Shown in pieces: positions 9,402 through 18,838 of a stretch of 64,000 nt of DNA (positions are counted from its first letter, which is position 1; each line of letters opens with the position of its first letter). The stretch is from a virus, in the IMG/VR virus record IMGVR_UViG_3300027833_000016; one strand, 5' to 3'. The notes beneath the pieces are model-generated. The model ran no database searches. It was not told the origin of the DNA and saw nothing but the letters and a program-made list of their open reading frames with translations. Made by a program: the position numbers and the translations under genes.

Positions 9402-9932
9402 ATGGATGATGATGAACAACAACGCAAAGAAGGGTTTATTGAAACAGTTAGTATCGGTAACGAGTGTGGAACTTGTACTGCTTGTTGTACCTCCTTGGGG
9501 TTTACAGGATCCAGTGAAGAGTTTGATCCGAATCCCGAAGGAACTAAAGCACTTGGTATAGACTATGATTTTGGCAACATATGTAATAAGGTATGTGACT
9601 ATGGTTGTACTATATACAACATGAGACCCGAACCATGTCGTTCGTTTGAGTGTGCGTATATTTTGCACGATCTGCCATTCGAACATAGACCCGATCAGTC
9701 GGGCGTGATTACTGAGGTTAAGAAGTTCTGGAACGGTGGCCCTAGTTGGGTACAGGGTGTTGTTATGACAGTAGAGAAGTCTGGTGTTAGTGGCATAACG
9801 TCAACTGAGTTTAGAGATAAGAACCGAGAGTTGCTTGAAGATATAATAGTACAGACAGGAATATCTTTAGGTAAAAAACAGGATATGTTCTACTTGGTTT
9901 CGAAGAAAGAACAGATAGTGGTGTGGCGATGA
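9402..9932 (+). CDS. YkgJ-like CxxCxxCC cysteine-cluster (Zn/Fe-S) protein
   Basis: CGTCTACC...CTIYNMRPEPCRSFEC. Confidence 0.75.
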   Translation: MDDDEQQRKEGFIETVSIGNECGTCTACCTSLGFTGSSEEFDPNPEGTKALGIDYDFGNICNKVCDYGCTIYNMRPEPCRSFECAYILHDLPFEHRPDQSGVITEVKKFWNGGPSWVQGVVMTVEKSGVSGITSTEFRDKNRELLEDIIVQTGISLGKKQDMFYLVSKKEQIVVWR

Positions 9933-11344
9933 GATTCATAGTAACAGATCAGAAAGAACTATTAGAGCATTGTTCTCATTTACAAACCAAGAAGTTTAAT
10001 CGTTGGACAATCTACCATGATGATGAAGTAGAGGTATATGAAGGTGGGGATCATATTGTACTCTATGCAGGGTATGGTATAGAACAACCTCTCTGGATGA
10101 ACATACCAGACTTTGATTCACTGAGAGACTTCAATGGCAACTTCTTTGCGGTTAAGATTGGGTGGGATGAGGTTCAGGTTCAACTAGACTATTTCAACAA
10201 CCATAAAATATTCCATGCAGATAAGTATTTCCAAGAATGGTCTAACCATCTACCGTGGATGACAAAGACCGAAGAGGATATAGTAAGGACGTGGTTAGCA
10301 TACGAACCATTGCTACAGCGCGAGTATGCTCCAGACCAAGTTTTAACATTCTTTGGTCATATTAATAGTCTGCTTCCTGACTATGATTATATGCAAGACA
10401 CTAAGGACGCATATAATTCTGAGACACGGACAGACCCAGATAAATTGGTAGAGTATATACACAAGTGTATGTTCGAACATTCTAATGTGATTAAGTCTCG
10501 TTATAAAAACAGGTTTATATCATTGAGTGAGGGTATCGACTCTGCTCTCCAGTCACATTACTTCCCAGATGATCCTCAGTATATGTACTCTCTGTCAGAG
10601 TGTGATGCAGGAGATGATGGTAAGAAATATAAGAAACTAGTAGAGAATGATTATACTAACGTCACGCACGAAGTATTCCCTACTGACAGATTCAGAGAGT
10701 ATACCTTTAAGTATCTCCATGACTCTGCGACCCGATGGGGATCGATTCTTCCTACAATGAAACAGGTTGCTGATTGTGAAGTCAAACCAGATATTGTCAT
10801 GTATGGTGTTAACGGAGATGAGATGTTCTTCCGAGACCTTATACCTCATATGCAGATGTTGGCACTAGAGTATTGGGATGAAGATCGCGACAGGACTGTA
10901 CACAGTGTACTAAATGACCTGATGTGGAAGAAGCACCAGTATGGTGCGTGTTATACTCTGGGTACTGATCCTTCATTCGAGTGGCACGTTGATGACTTCA
11001 TTAAGCAATGGTTCTATAAGGATCGCACTAAAGAAGCAGGATTGGATATTATGGCAAAGTGGATGACACCTAAGATGTACACAAGAACCATTTCTCAAAA
11101 CAATGATGTACTTACCGCATCCCTATATAATGATAGAAGGATATATCACGAGATACTGAAGTTGCCCAAACAATATCTGATTGAGTTCGCAATGGATACT
11201 CCTATACAGAAGAAGATCCTCAAAGATAAGTTTGACTATGTATGTCGGACTCCACACAAAGATGCGCTATACGCAGACTACGAAGGAATATTCTACAGCA
11301 TATATGATGCAACAATGCCTCAGTGTATGTCTAAGAATGTATAA
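9923..11344 (+). CDS. Asparagine-synthase-like PP-loop ATP pyrophosphatase
   Basis: SLSEGIDS (SGGxDS-like) and GVNGDE motifs, with a degenerate N-terminal domain. Confidence 0.6.
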   Translation: MAMRFIVTDQKELLEHCSHLQTKKFNRWTIYHDDEVEVYEGGDHIVLYAGYGIEQPLWMNIPDFDSLRDFNGNFFAVKIGWDEVQVQLDYFNNHKIFHADKYFQEWSNHLPWMTKTEEDIVRTWLAYEPLLQREYAPDQVLTFFGHINSLLPDYDYMQDTKDAYNSETRTDPDKLVEYIHKCMFEHSNVIKSRYKNRFISLSEGIDSALQSHYFPDDPQYMYSLSECDAGDDGKKYKKLVENDYTNVTHEVFPTDRFREYTFKYLHDSATRWGSILPTMKQVADCEVKPDIVMYGVNGDEMFFRDLIPHMQMLALEYWDEDRDRTVHSVLNDLMWKKHQYGACYTLGTDPSFEWHVDDFIKQWFYKDRTKEAGLDIMAKWMTPKMYTRTISQNNDVLTASLYNDRRIYHEILKLPKQYLIEFAMDTPIQKKILKDKFDYVCRTPHKDALYADYEGIFYSIYDATMPQCMSKNV

Positions 11345-11347
11345 ATA
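11340..11347 (+). promoter_or_regulatory. T4 late promoter
   Basis: TATAAATA 5 nt before an ATG. Confidence 0.7.
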
Positions 11348-11352
11348 GACTC

Positions 11353-11946
11353 ATGGGAATATTAAAATCAGCGGCAGACCTCGTATACACGATACGATTC
11401 TTAAAACTTTTAGTGACTCCGTTCGAAAAGACGGATGCATTCGAGGCAGGGATCATCGATGCCGATGGAAAGAAGAACAAAGAATTTACTCTAAACGACA
11501 TGGACGATAGGGACGCATACCGCAGTTACTACACCCCCTTCCATAGACTTGTTTTCAATCTAAAGAAGATCATGGCAAAGGTACCGGGAGGTTCCTCTAT
11601 TGTTGCACGTTATGGTGCCGCACTTGCATTGATCAAAGAACATGGTGAACTATCAGATGCCAACGTAGACAGGATCCATGCCAAGACTGGTATCGACCTC
11701 CTTGATTGTCTGGCAGAAGAATCACAGTGGTTTATGACAGAAGGACATAGTATTAGTCCGGGAATGTATAAGATGAAGAATGAATCATTGACTGACAAGG
11801 CAGATGAGATCATCTCTAAAGGTGATCAGATCAGAATCACTACCACAGACCCAATAGACGAAGTACTTGGATTGCCTATCTACGAAGCAATTCATGTGCG
11901 AAGCAATCAACGTTTGTTAGTCACTACCTCCGAGATAACAAAATGA
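11353..11946 (+). CDS. Conserved T4-like hypothetical protein (late)
   Basis: FLKLLVTPFEKTDAF..GIID..GK...FHRLVFNLKK motif typical of marine T4-likes. Confidence 0.7.
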   Translation: MGILKSAADLVYTIRFLKLLVTPFEKTDAFEAGIIDADGKKNKEFTLNDMDDRDAYRSYYTPFHRLVFNLKKIMAKVPGGSSIVARYGAALALIKEHGELSDANVDRIHAKTGIDLLDCLAEESQWFMTEGHSISPGMYKMKNESLTDKADEIISKGDQIRITTTDPIDEVLGLPIYEAIHVRSNQRLLVTTSEITK

Positions 11947-12557
11947 CTCTACAAGACAAATATGACCTAGTGTTTCTTAACGAGATCCGTGGAATCTCTC
12001 TAGAAGGTCATATGGAATTGACTGCTAACACCGAGAAGACAATGGTAGAACTCTTGGATAAAGTTAAACCTAAGAGAATGTTAGAGATTGGTTTCAATGC
12101 AGGACATAGTGCCTTTATGTGGCAGACCCTTGGTACCACTCTAGAATACTTTCATGCAGTTGATATATGCCAACACCGATACACCAAACCATGTTCACAG
12201 ATAATGCAGACAGTATTCCCTGAGTTTAAGTTTGGTGAGATGGACTCTAAGAACCTTGGTGAGACACGCAGTCTTATAGAATATGACACAGTATTCATTG
12301 ACGGTGACCATAGCGCGGAAGGATTCGCCTCAGACCTTCGTTCGTGTATGATGGGACAGGTAGATAACATCATAGTAGATGATTGGGACTTATCCAGAGG
12401 AGTTAGACATACTCTTGCATCTGTGGTCAATGACGTTAACAATCCTTACCAGATCACAGGATTCTACAAGTACGATAACGATAATATAGTTAGGGGTGGT
12501 AGAACAAAATCTGTCATCGCACTAGTACAAAGGATAATACCAGATGATACCGTTTAA
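11943..12557 (+). CDS. Class I SAM methyltransferase (Methyltransf_24-like)
   Basis: LEIGFNAGHS and FIDGDH motifs. Confidence 0.8.
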   Translation: MTLQDKYDLVFLNEIRGISLEGHMELTANTEKTMVELLDKVKPKRMLEIGFNAGHSAFMWQTLGTTLEYFHAVDICQHRYTKPCSQIMQTVFPEFKFGEMDSKNLGETRSLIEYDTVFIDGDHSAEGFASDLRSCMMGQVDNIIVDDWDLSRGVRHTLASVVNDVNNPYQITGFYKYDNDNIVRGGRTKSVIALVQRIIPDDTV

Positions 12558-12708
12558 AAGATGGACAGAAGACACCACTACCGCATCCGTGGTAGGTACA
12601 GGTGATGACAATGAGACTGTAGTCATGCGCAAGAAGTACGACAAGAAGAACAAACGTAAAGACCAACTTGACGTGTTAAAGAGATTTATTAAAAAGACAC
12701 AGAAATAG
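12544..12708 (+). CDS. Small basic protein (54 aa) with capsid-targeting-like N-terminus
   Basis: Hand-translated MIPFKRWTEDTTTASVVG...; below the ORF-track cutoff. Confidence 0.55.
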   Translation: MIPFKRWTEDTTTASVVGTGDDNETVVMRKKYDKKNKRKDQLDVLKRFIKKTQK

Positions 12709-12709
12709 A

Positions 12710-12739
12710 TTGACATAGCAGTGCGTGATGTGTTATACT
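12710..12739 (+). promoter_or_regulatory. Sigma70-like promoter upstream of the nrd operon
   Basis: TTGACA-N18-TATACT. Confidence 0.6.
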
Positions 12740-12764
12740 GAACTCTTATTATTAGGAATATATT

Positions 12765-13118
12765 ATGGAACAAGCACAGCACAGAGGTTACACTGTATGC
12801 ATCTTCGATGAAGAAGATGACTACTCTTGGGTGTTTCAAACTCAAGATCAAACAGATAGAAATAAGTTGATATTAGTTCCAACTGAAGGTTACACGGGAA
12901 CTAAATACCTTCACCCCGATAGATTTATTATCAAGAATCACGCGGCATCTCTAGTCAACCACTTCATGTGGGAGGGATTAGTGTCGGCAGAAGAACACGA
13001 TTCGCGGATGTGGTCAATGATTAATAACTTCATTGATACGAATAAGCAGTACCTTATAGAAGACTACACGTTCGTTGAAGACGAACCCTTTTACGATTAC
13101 AGTGGCGGCAGGGATTAA
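12765..13118 (+). CDS. Hypothetical protein
   Basis: ORF with AGGA RBS, abutting nrdA. Confidence 0.6.
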   Translation: MEQAQHRGYTVCIFDEEDDYSWVFQTQDQTDRNKLILVPTEGYTGTKYLHPDRFIIKNHAASLVNHFMWEGLVSAEEHDSRMWSMINNFIDTNKQYLIEDYTFVEDEPFYDYSGGRD

Positions 13119-15101
13119 ATGAAGATAGATAAAAAGAAAGATAAGTTACTAGCAGATTATGCAGTTGGAATGTTAAAGGACTTTTATTTGAATGAGAATG
13201 AGAAGAGTCCACAAGAAGCATATGCTCGTGCGGCAACCGCATGGAGTACCTACAAAGAGACCTTAGACGAAGACTTAGCAGAACGTCTATACTCATATGT
13301 GTCAAACAAGTGGTTTATGTTTGCATCACCAGTTCTATCGAACGCACCTAACGGAACCAAGAAAGGCAAAGGTATGCCTATCAGTTGTTTCCTAACCTAT
13401 GTACCTGATACCCTAGAAGGATTGATCGAACACTCGTCTGAGTTACGATGGTTGTCCGTTATGGGTGGTGGTGTAGGTGGTCATTGGTCAGATGTTCGTA
13501 CTGTATCTGATGTAGCACCGGGCCCGATGCCGTTCATTCATACCGTAGATGCAGACATGATTGCCTACCGTCAAGGCAAGACTCGTAAGGGATCTTATGC
13601 GGCATACATGAACGTAAGTCACCCTGACATTATCGAGTTCCTTAATATGCGTATCCCTACTGGTGATGTGCAACGTAAGGCATTGAACTTGCATAATGCA
13701 ATCAACATCTCAGATGAGTTCATGGAAGCAGTTACTACTGGCGGCACGTTCGATCTAAGAGATCCTAAAGACCAGTCTGTTAAAGAGACTATCAATGCTC
13801 GTAAGTTATGGGAACGTATTCTTGAAACAAGATTCCGTACTGGCGAACCATATCTGAACTTTATAGATACTGCTAATAGGGCACTTCCTCAACCTCTGAA
13901 AGACCTTGGTCTGAAGATCCACGGAAGTAACTTGTGTAATGAAATACACTTACCTACCTCTGCGGAACGAACTGCCGTATGTTGTTTGTCATCATTAAAT
14001 TTGGAATACTATGAAGATTGGAAAGATACATCTATTGTTAGGGATCTCGTCCGTATGTTGGATAATGTCCTTCAGTACTTTACCGAGAATGCACCAGACT
14101 CTATCAGTCGTGCAAGATTCTCTGCCGAACGAGAACGTTCAATCGGATTGGGAGCAATGGGGTTCCACTCACTTCTCCAAAAGCATGGAGTTGCATGGGA
14201 ATCCGAAACTGCCAGAGAGATCAACAAAGTTGTCTTCGAGAGGATCCAGTCCGAAGCAATTGCCGAAACTGAATTGCTTGCGACTGAACGAGGAGAATAC
14301 CTTGATGGAGTTGGTTCTGGAAGACGGAACAGTCATCTCCTTGCCATCGCACCAAATGCTTCCAGTGGAGTTATACTGTCAACCAGTCCCTCTATTGAAC
14401 CAACCAAGGCGAATGCATATACCCACCGTACTCGCGCAGGGTCGTTCCTCGTAAAGAACCCATACCTAACTCAGTTGTTAGAAGATAAGGGTGAGAACAA
14501 CGAGTCCAACTGGACAAGCATTATCACCAACAAAGGATCGGTACAACATTTGCCATTCCTTAACGAAGGTGAGAAGTCTATATATAAGACTGCCCAAGAG
14601 TTAGATCAGAAGTGGGTAGTGACACACGCGGCAGACCGTCAACCGTTTATATGTCAGGGTCAGTCGGTCAACGTATTCTTCCCTAGTGGTGCTGATAAGT
14701 CCTATGTAAATCAGGTACATATCAAAGCATGGAAGGAAGGATTAAAAGGATTATACTATCTCCGTACCGAAGCAAAGCAACGTGCAGAGAATGTATCCGA
14801 GAAAGTAGAACGTGTAGTTATGCAGGAAGATACTAGATCATTGGTCTATACTAAAGCAAACTGTCCGTACTGCGCACTGGCAATGGAAGAGTTGAAGTTA
14901 CGCGGAATACCATTTGATAAGATTGATCTTAAAGAAGTAGGTAAGACAGCGGCAGAAGTTACTGGTCGCAAAGACGTAAAGACTGTACCACAGATATACA
15001 TTGCAGGTAAGTATGTCGGTGGATACGAAGACTTAATGGAATATTTAAACAAACCAATAGAGACAAGCGAAGACGATGAATGTCGCGCTTGCGAAGGATA
15101 A
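13119..15101 (+). CDS. nrdA: Class I ribonucleotide reductase alpha subunit with fused C-terminal glutaredoxin
   Basis: ASPVLSN, ISCF, SNLCNEI, IAPNASS and GLYYLR motifs, then CPYC..TVPQI..GGY Grx domain and terminal CRACEG. Confidence 0.95.
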   Translation: MKIDKKKDKLLADYAVGMLKDFYLNENEKSPQEAYARAATAWSTYKETLDEDLAERLYSYVSNKWFMFASPVLSNAPNGTKKGKGMPISCFLTYVPDTLEGLIEHSSELRWLSVMGGGVGGHWSDVRTVSDVAPGPMPFIHTVDADMIAYRQGKTRKGSYAAYMNVSHPDIIEFLNMRIPTGDVQRKALNLHNAINISDEFMEAVTTGGTFDLRDPKDQSVKETINARKLWERILETRFRTGEPYLNFIDTANRALPQPLKDLGLKIHGSNLCNEIHLPTSAERTAVCCLSSLNLEYYEDWKDTSIVRDLVRMLDNVLQYFTENAPDSISRARFSAERERSIGLGAMGFHSLLQKHGVAWESETAREINKVVFERIQSEAIAETELLATERGEYLDGVGSGRRNSHLLAIAPNASSGVILSTSPSIEPTKANAYTHRTRAGSFLVKNPYLTQLLEDKGENNESNWTSIITNKGSVQHLPFLNEGEKSIYKTAQELDQKWVVTHAADRQPFICQGQSVNVFFPSGADKSYVNQVHIKAWKEGLKGLYYLRTEAKQRAENVSEKVERVVMQEDTRSLVYTKANCPYCALAMEELKLRGIPFDKIDLKEVGKTAAEVTGRKDVKTVPQIYIAGKYVGGYEDLMEYLNKPIETSEDDECRACEG

Positions 15102-15104
15102 TCA

Positions 15105-16103
15105 ATGGCACTACTAGACTTTAGTCAAACATATAAACCTTTCCTGTACCCTTGGGCAGTAGAGTTAACAAAGAAGCACGAAGAGATTCACTGGACAGAG
15201 GATGAGGCAGATTTATCTGAAGACATCCAAGATTGGAAACTTAAACTTAGCGAAGGTGAGAAGGAATTCATTACTCAGGTACTACGATTGTTCACACAGT
15301 CAGACGTACAGGTTGGTGAGAACTACCACGAGTTGATGATCCCTAAGTTCAAGAACAACGAGATACGCAATATGCTATCATCGTTTGCTAACCGTGAGGG
15401 CGTACACCAACGTGCGTATGCTCTACTGAATGATACCCTTGGTCTACCAGACGAAGAGCATTCGGCATTCATGGAATACACAGAGATGGCAGACAAGATT
15501 GACTTTATGAAAGAGGGTGACATTCACTCTCATACAGGACTGGCACTAGTACTCGCACAGTCTGTATTCAATGAAGGTATGTCTCTGTTCGCATCATTTG
15601 TTATGCTACTGAACTTCCAACGTTTCGGTAAGATGAAAGGTATGGGTACTATTGTTGAGTGGTCTATCCGTGATGAGACAATGCACGTCCAAGGCAATGC
15701 TAAGTTATACCGTGAGTTCTGCGAAGAACATCCTCGTATCATCAATGACGAGTTGAAGTCTAAGATCTACGAGATGGCAAAGAATGCTGTTAAGTTAGAA
15801 GATCGATTCATTCACCTTGCGTATAAGTCTGGTGAGATTGAAGGACTATCCGAAACAGATGTTAAGCAATACATTCGACACATTGCTGATCGTAGACTAC
15901 TACAACTTGGCATGAAACCTAAGTTTGGTGTAAAGGAAAATCCATTACCGTGGTTGGACTGGGTACTGAATGGCGCGTCACACGATAACTTCTTTGAGAA
16001 ACGAGTTACTGAATACTCTGTAAATGGTATGGAAGGTGACTGGGGATGGGCAGACGAGGCAGAAGAAGTCTGTGCAATTGACGATAAAGGATGTGCCGCA
16101 TGA
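15105..16103 (+). CDS. nrdB: Ribonucleotide reductase beta subunit
   Basis: EGVHQRAY, NEGMSLF, RDETMH and NFFEKRVTEY motifs. Confidence 0.95.
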   Translation: MALLDFSQTYKPFLYPWAVELTKKHEEIHWTEDEADLSEDIQDWKLKLSEGEKEFITQVLRLFTQSDVQVGENYHELMIPKFKNNEIRNMLSSFANREGVHQRAYALLNDTLGLPDEEHSAFMEYTEMADKIDFMKEGDIHSHTGLALVLAQSVFNEGMSLFASFVMLLNFQRFGKMKGMGTIVEWSIRDETMHVQGNAKLYREFCEEHPRIINDELKSKIYEMAKNAVKLEDRFIHLAYKSGEIEGLSETDVKQYIRHIADRRLLQLGMKPKFGVKENPLPWLDWVLNGASHDNFFEKRVTEYSVNGMEGDWGWADEAEEVCAIDDKGCAA

Positions 16104-16252
16104 CCCTATACGAAATAGAATGTCCTGTATGCGACATTAAAACTACCGTAGCAGTACACTACGAAGAAGACCGTCCTGCGTGTTGTCCTATGTGTGGACA
16201 AGATAACATCGATGCAGATTCCAGTGATGCGGATATTATATATAATGCATGA
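16100..16252 (+). CDS. Small Zn-ribbon protein (50 aa)
   Basis: Hand-translated; CPVC...CPMCG; ATGA overlaps at both ends. Confidence 0.65.
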   Translation: MTLYEIECPVCDIKTTVAVHYEEDRPACCPMCGQDNIDADSSDADIIYNA

Positions 16253-16698
16253 CATGGAAATTATTTAACGAAGTATACAACCCCGATGAAGACGTACTCA
16301 AAGAGTACGTTGGATTCGTGTATCTGATTACCGAACTAGATACGAACAAGAAATATGTGGGCAAGAAGTTCTTCTGGTCTACTCGAAAACTACCACCTCT
16401 TAAAGGTGCCAAGCGAAAGCGAACAGTCGTTAAACAATCTGATTGGCAGGACTACTACGGTTCGTCCGAACACCTGAAGGAAGCACTAGAACAAAAAGGT
16501 GCCGAAGCATACCACCGAGAGATCCTACATCTCTGCAAGACCAAAGGCGAATGCTCCTACCTAGAAGCAAAGGAACAGTTTGATCGTGATGTACTATTAC
16601 GAGATGACTACTATAACGCATTCATTGGTTGTAAGATCCACGCCAAACATCTCCCCACATCTCTTAAACCTAAGTGGCAACGATCTCTTATTCCTTAA
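16249..16698 (+). CDS. GIY-YIG endonuclease (T4 EndoII/DenA-like)
   Basis: GFVYLIT...KKYVGKK...YYGSS...E..YYN. Confidence 0.8.
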   Translation: MTWKLFNEVYNPDEDVLKEYVGFVYLITELDTNKKYVGKKFFWSTRKLPPLKGAKRKRTVVKQSDWQDYYGSSEHLKEALEQKGAEAYHREILHLCKTKGECSYLEAKEQFDRDVLLRDDYYNAFIGCKIHAKHLPTSLKPKWQRSLIP

Positions 16699-16719
16699 TG
16701 TTACCCTAACATTATAAGT

Positions 16720-16785
16720 ATATGACCAAATAGTCTAAAGGAGTCACCGGAAAGACTTGCTTTAATTACAATACTAGGGTATAAT
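16720..16785 (+). promoter_or_regulatory. Early promoter with upstream AATAGTCTAA box
   Basis: Box 16720-16738; TTGCTT-N17-TATAAT. Confidence 0.7.
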
Positions 16786-16817
16786 ACTTGTATTGAATTG
16801 ATTGAGAGAACTAAATT

Positions 16818-17009
16818 ATGAAGAACTTACCTACTGTCTGCGGTTACTTAGGAGCGATCCTAATGGCAATCTTTGCCTTTCACATGAACCCTGTCATTGC
16901 TATAGTAGGTCTGTGTCTGTTGTCTGTTCAAAGTTTCAATGCTCGACTGTGGAACCTAGTAGCACTAAACTTTATTAGTGTCTGTGGATTCATTACTCAA
17001 CTGATCTAA
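16818..17009 (+). CDS. Small membrane protein
   Basis: Hydrophobic 63 aa ORF after promoter and RBS. Confidence 0.6.
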   Translation: MKNLPTVCGYLGAILMAIFAFHMNPVIAIVGLCLLSVQSFNARLWNLVALNFISVCGFITQLI

Positions 17010-17021
17010 GGAAAATATATT

Positions 17022-17204
17022 ATGATGAAAGCAAAAGATTTATATGAAGCGAAGTGTAAAGCAATCGAGTACTTCAAAGTCCCCAAGAGCAAGAAGAACC
17101 TTGTTGCAGTGGAACCGGGATACGAAGACGATGGAATTTGTGTAGGGTGGTTCGCATTCTACAACCAAAAGAAAGTCGCAATTATGAGGGAGTACTTAGT
17201 ATGA
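17022..17204 (+). CDS. Hypothetical protein
   Basis: AAGGA RBS; operon context. Confidence 0.55.
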   Translation: MMKAKDLYEAKCKAIEYFKVPKSKKNLVAVEPGYEDDGICVGWFAFYNQKKVAIMREYLV

Positions 17205-17371
17205 GAGCATTACTTGGATTGTTTTTAATTATGGGTGCCGTTGGTAGTCAAGACTATGCAATCGAAGCAGGTGAGGTTGCTCCGTCTTTGTGGTTGACTG
17301 TTGGGTACTGTGTTGCAGGTTTCACCTTAGTGTATTATGGACTAAGAAAGCATATCGTTATAGCAAAATAG
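17201..17371 (+). CDS. Small membrane protein (MRALLGLFLIMGAVG...)
   Basis: ATGA overlap with the previous gene; two hydrophobic segments. Confidence 0.55.
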   Translation: MRALLGLFLIMGAVGSQDYAIEAGEVAPSLWLTVGYCVAGFTLVYYGLRKHIVIAK

Positions 17372-17413
17372 TCTAACTAAACAGTTGACTTCTTGTTATG
17401 AATATGAGATAAT
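17327..17413 (+). promoter_or_regulatory. Early promoter with tandem 19-bp boxes
   Basis: Boxes 17327-17345 and 17358-17376; TTGACT-N17-GATAAT. Confidence 0.7.
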
Positions 17414-17466
17414 ACTTGTACAGATTGAGAAAGACCTTTGTTAATTATTGAGAGAGAGAAAAGATT

Positions 17467-17991
17467 ATGGCGTATATTAGTCAAGAAGAAAAGAAAGAAT
17501 TTGCTCCTGCGATCAAAGCAGTCCTAAAGAAGTATGGCATGAAAGGTACCCTTGGTATCCGTCACCACAGCACTCTTGTTTGTCGCATCACTAAAGGTGA
17601 TCTAGATATCATCGGTTGCAACAACAAGTCTACTATGCAAAGCACTCGCTTCTACGACAACAATGTCTATGACCTTCGTGGTAAGATGGCACGTCTTAAA
17701 GAGCAGTACATTGACGTTAACCCACACTGGATCGAAGAGAACTATCGTAGTGATACTCGTGTTATTTCTTTCCTCCAAGAACTCAAGACTGCAATGGAAG
17801 GGCCACGTTACTTCAACGAAGATGATAGCATGACTGATTACTTCCACCGTAGTCACTACACTGATATCATGGTTGGTTCTTGGTGCAAACCTTACGAGTG
17901 TACTAACGAACAGTATGACATTCAAGATGACCTTGATATGCTTCAGGGACGCATTGATGACCTAGAGCGTGAAGATAAGATGGTTGCATAA
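17467..17991 (+). CDS. Conserved phage early hypothetical protein
   Basis: MAYISQEEKK..APAIKAVLKKYGMKG...DDSMTDYFH motif; strong RBS. Confidence 0.7.
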   Translation: MAYISQEEKKEFAPAIKAVLKKYGMKGTLGIRHHSTLVCRITKGDLDIIGCNNKSTMQSTRFYDNNVYDLRGKMARLKEQYIDVNPHWIEENYRSDTRVISFLQELKTAMEGPRYFNEDDSMTDYFHRSHYTDIMVGSWCKPYECTNEQYDIQDDLDMLQGRIDDLEREDKMVA

Positions 17992-18043
17992 CCCTTTCGA
18001 CCAGTCCGAATATTGCTATGAATTGCTATGAGACTGGATATTT

Positions 18044-18068
18044 CCCCCCTTAATCGGGGGGTTTTTTT
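18044..18068 (+). terminator. Rho-independent terminator
   Basis: CCCCCC-TTAATC-GGGGGG followed by T7. Confidence 0.85.
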
Positions 18069-18142
18069 AACACTTAATACATTTATAAGTAGGTGTACAA
18101 ACTCTTAAAACCCTATATACTATTAGAAACAGGAATTATTTA

Positions 18143-18571
18143 ATGGCACATTACCGAACTTACGAGGTCTACGAAGTCTTTGACCTCTTCACCAAAACAA
18201 CTAATAACGCAGAACGTGTTGCGTTGTTACAAAAACACGACACTCCTGCCTTGCGAGATGTCCTGCGCGGAACCTTCGATGATCGACTTGTGTGGATCTT
18301 GCCTGAAGGTGCGCCTCCCTATACCCCGAATCGTCCAGAGTCATCTCCGCAAAGTCTCCATAAAGCACATAAAGAATTTGGATACTATGTCAAAGGTGGT
18401 TATGGTAATAACATGAACTCCATAAAGAGAGAATCCATGTTTATGCGTATGCTCGAAAGTGTACACCCTTCCGATGCAAATATAATTTTGTCTATGGTCG
18501 CTAAGAAAAGACCAGTGAAATACCTCAACAAGAAACTAACACAGGAGACTTTCCCTAACTTAATACCATAA
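18143..18571 (+). CDS. Conserved T4-like protein (DUF6433-like)
   Basis: WILPEGAPPY...KRESMFMRMLESVHP motif; usual position upstream of FmdB/phoH. Confidence 0.7.
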   Translation: MAHYRTYEVYEVFDLFTKTTNNAERVALLQKHDTPALRDVLRGTFDDRLVWILPEGAPPYTPNRPESSPQSLHKAHKEFGYYVKGGYGNNMNSIKRESMFMRMLESVHPSDANIILSMVAKKRPVKYLNKKLTQETFPNLIP

Positions 18572-18604
18572 CCTTAAACTCACAACCCACCAAGAGAGGT
18601 GTTG

Positions 18605-18769
18605 ATGTCGAAGAACCAAATAGATCGATTGAAGAAGGACAACAAAGAACTAGGTCATTACATTGCTAAACTTCATAAGAAGGGCAAAACAGACTTAGCA
18701 TATAAGATGTCCAAGAAGCAAGACTTTTTAAATCAAACTATTGCAGATACTCTGCAAATGACTCAATAG
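18605..18769 (+). CDS. Small basic hypothetical protein (54 aa)
   Basis: GAGG RBS; hand-translated MSKNQIDRLKKD... Confidence 0.6.
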   Translation: MSKNQIDRLKKDNKELGHYIAKLHKKGKTDLAYKMSKKQDFLNQTIADTLQMTQ

Positions 18770-18838
18770 GAAGGTGATCCATATCTCTTCACTCCCCCTC
18801 ACAAGGGGGGTGTCGTATGGACAGTTAGGACAAATATT

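Noticed and set aside
13119-15101. Intein in NrdA
   Set aside because: The extra segment is a C-terminal glutaredoxin; no C...HN splice motifs
16249-16698. GIY-YIG gene as a mobile homing endonuclease or intron
   Set aside because: Short single-domain EndoII-like protein, translationally coupled; nrdA and nrdB are uninterrupted
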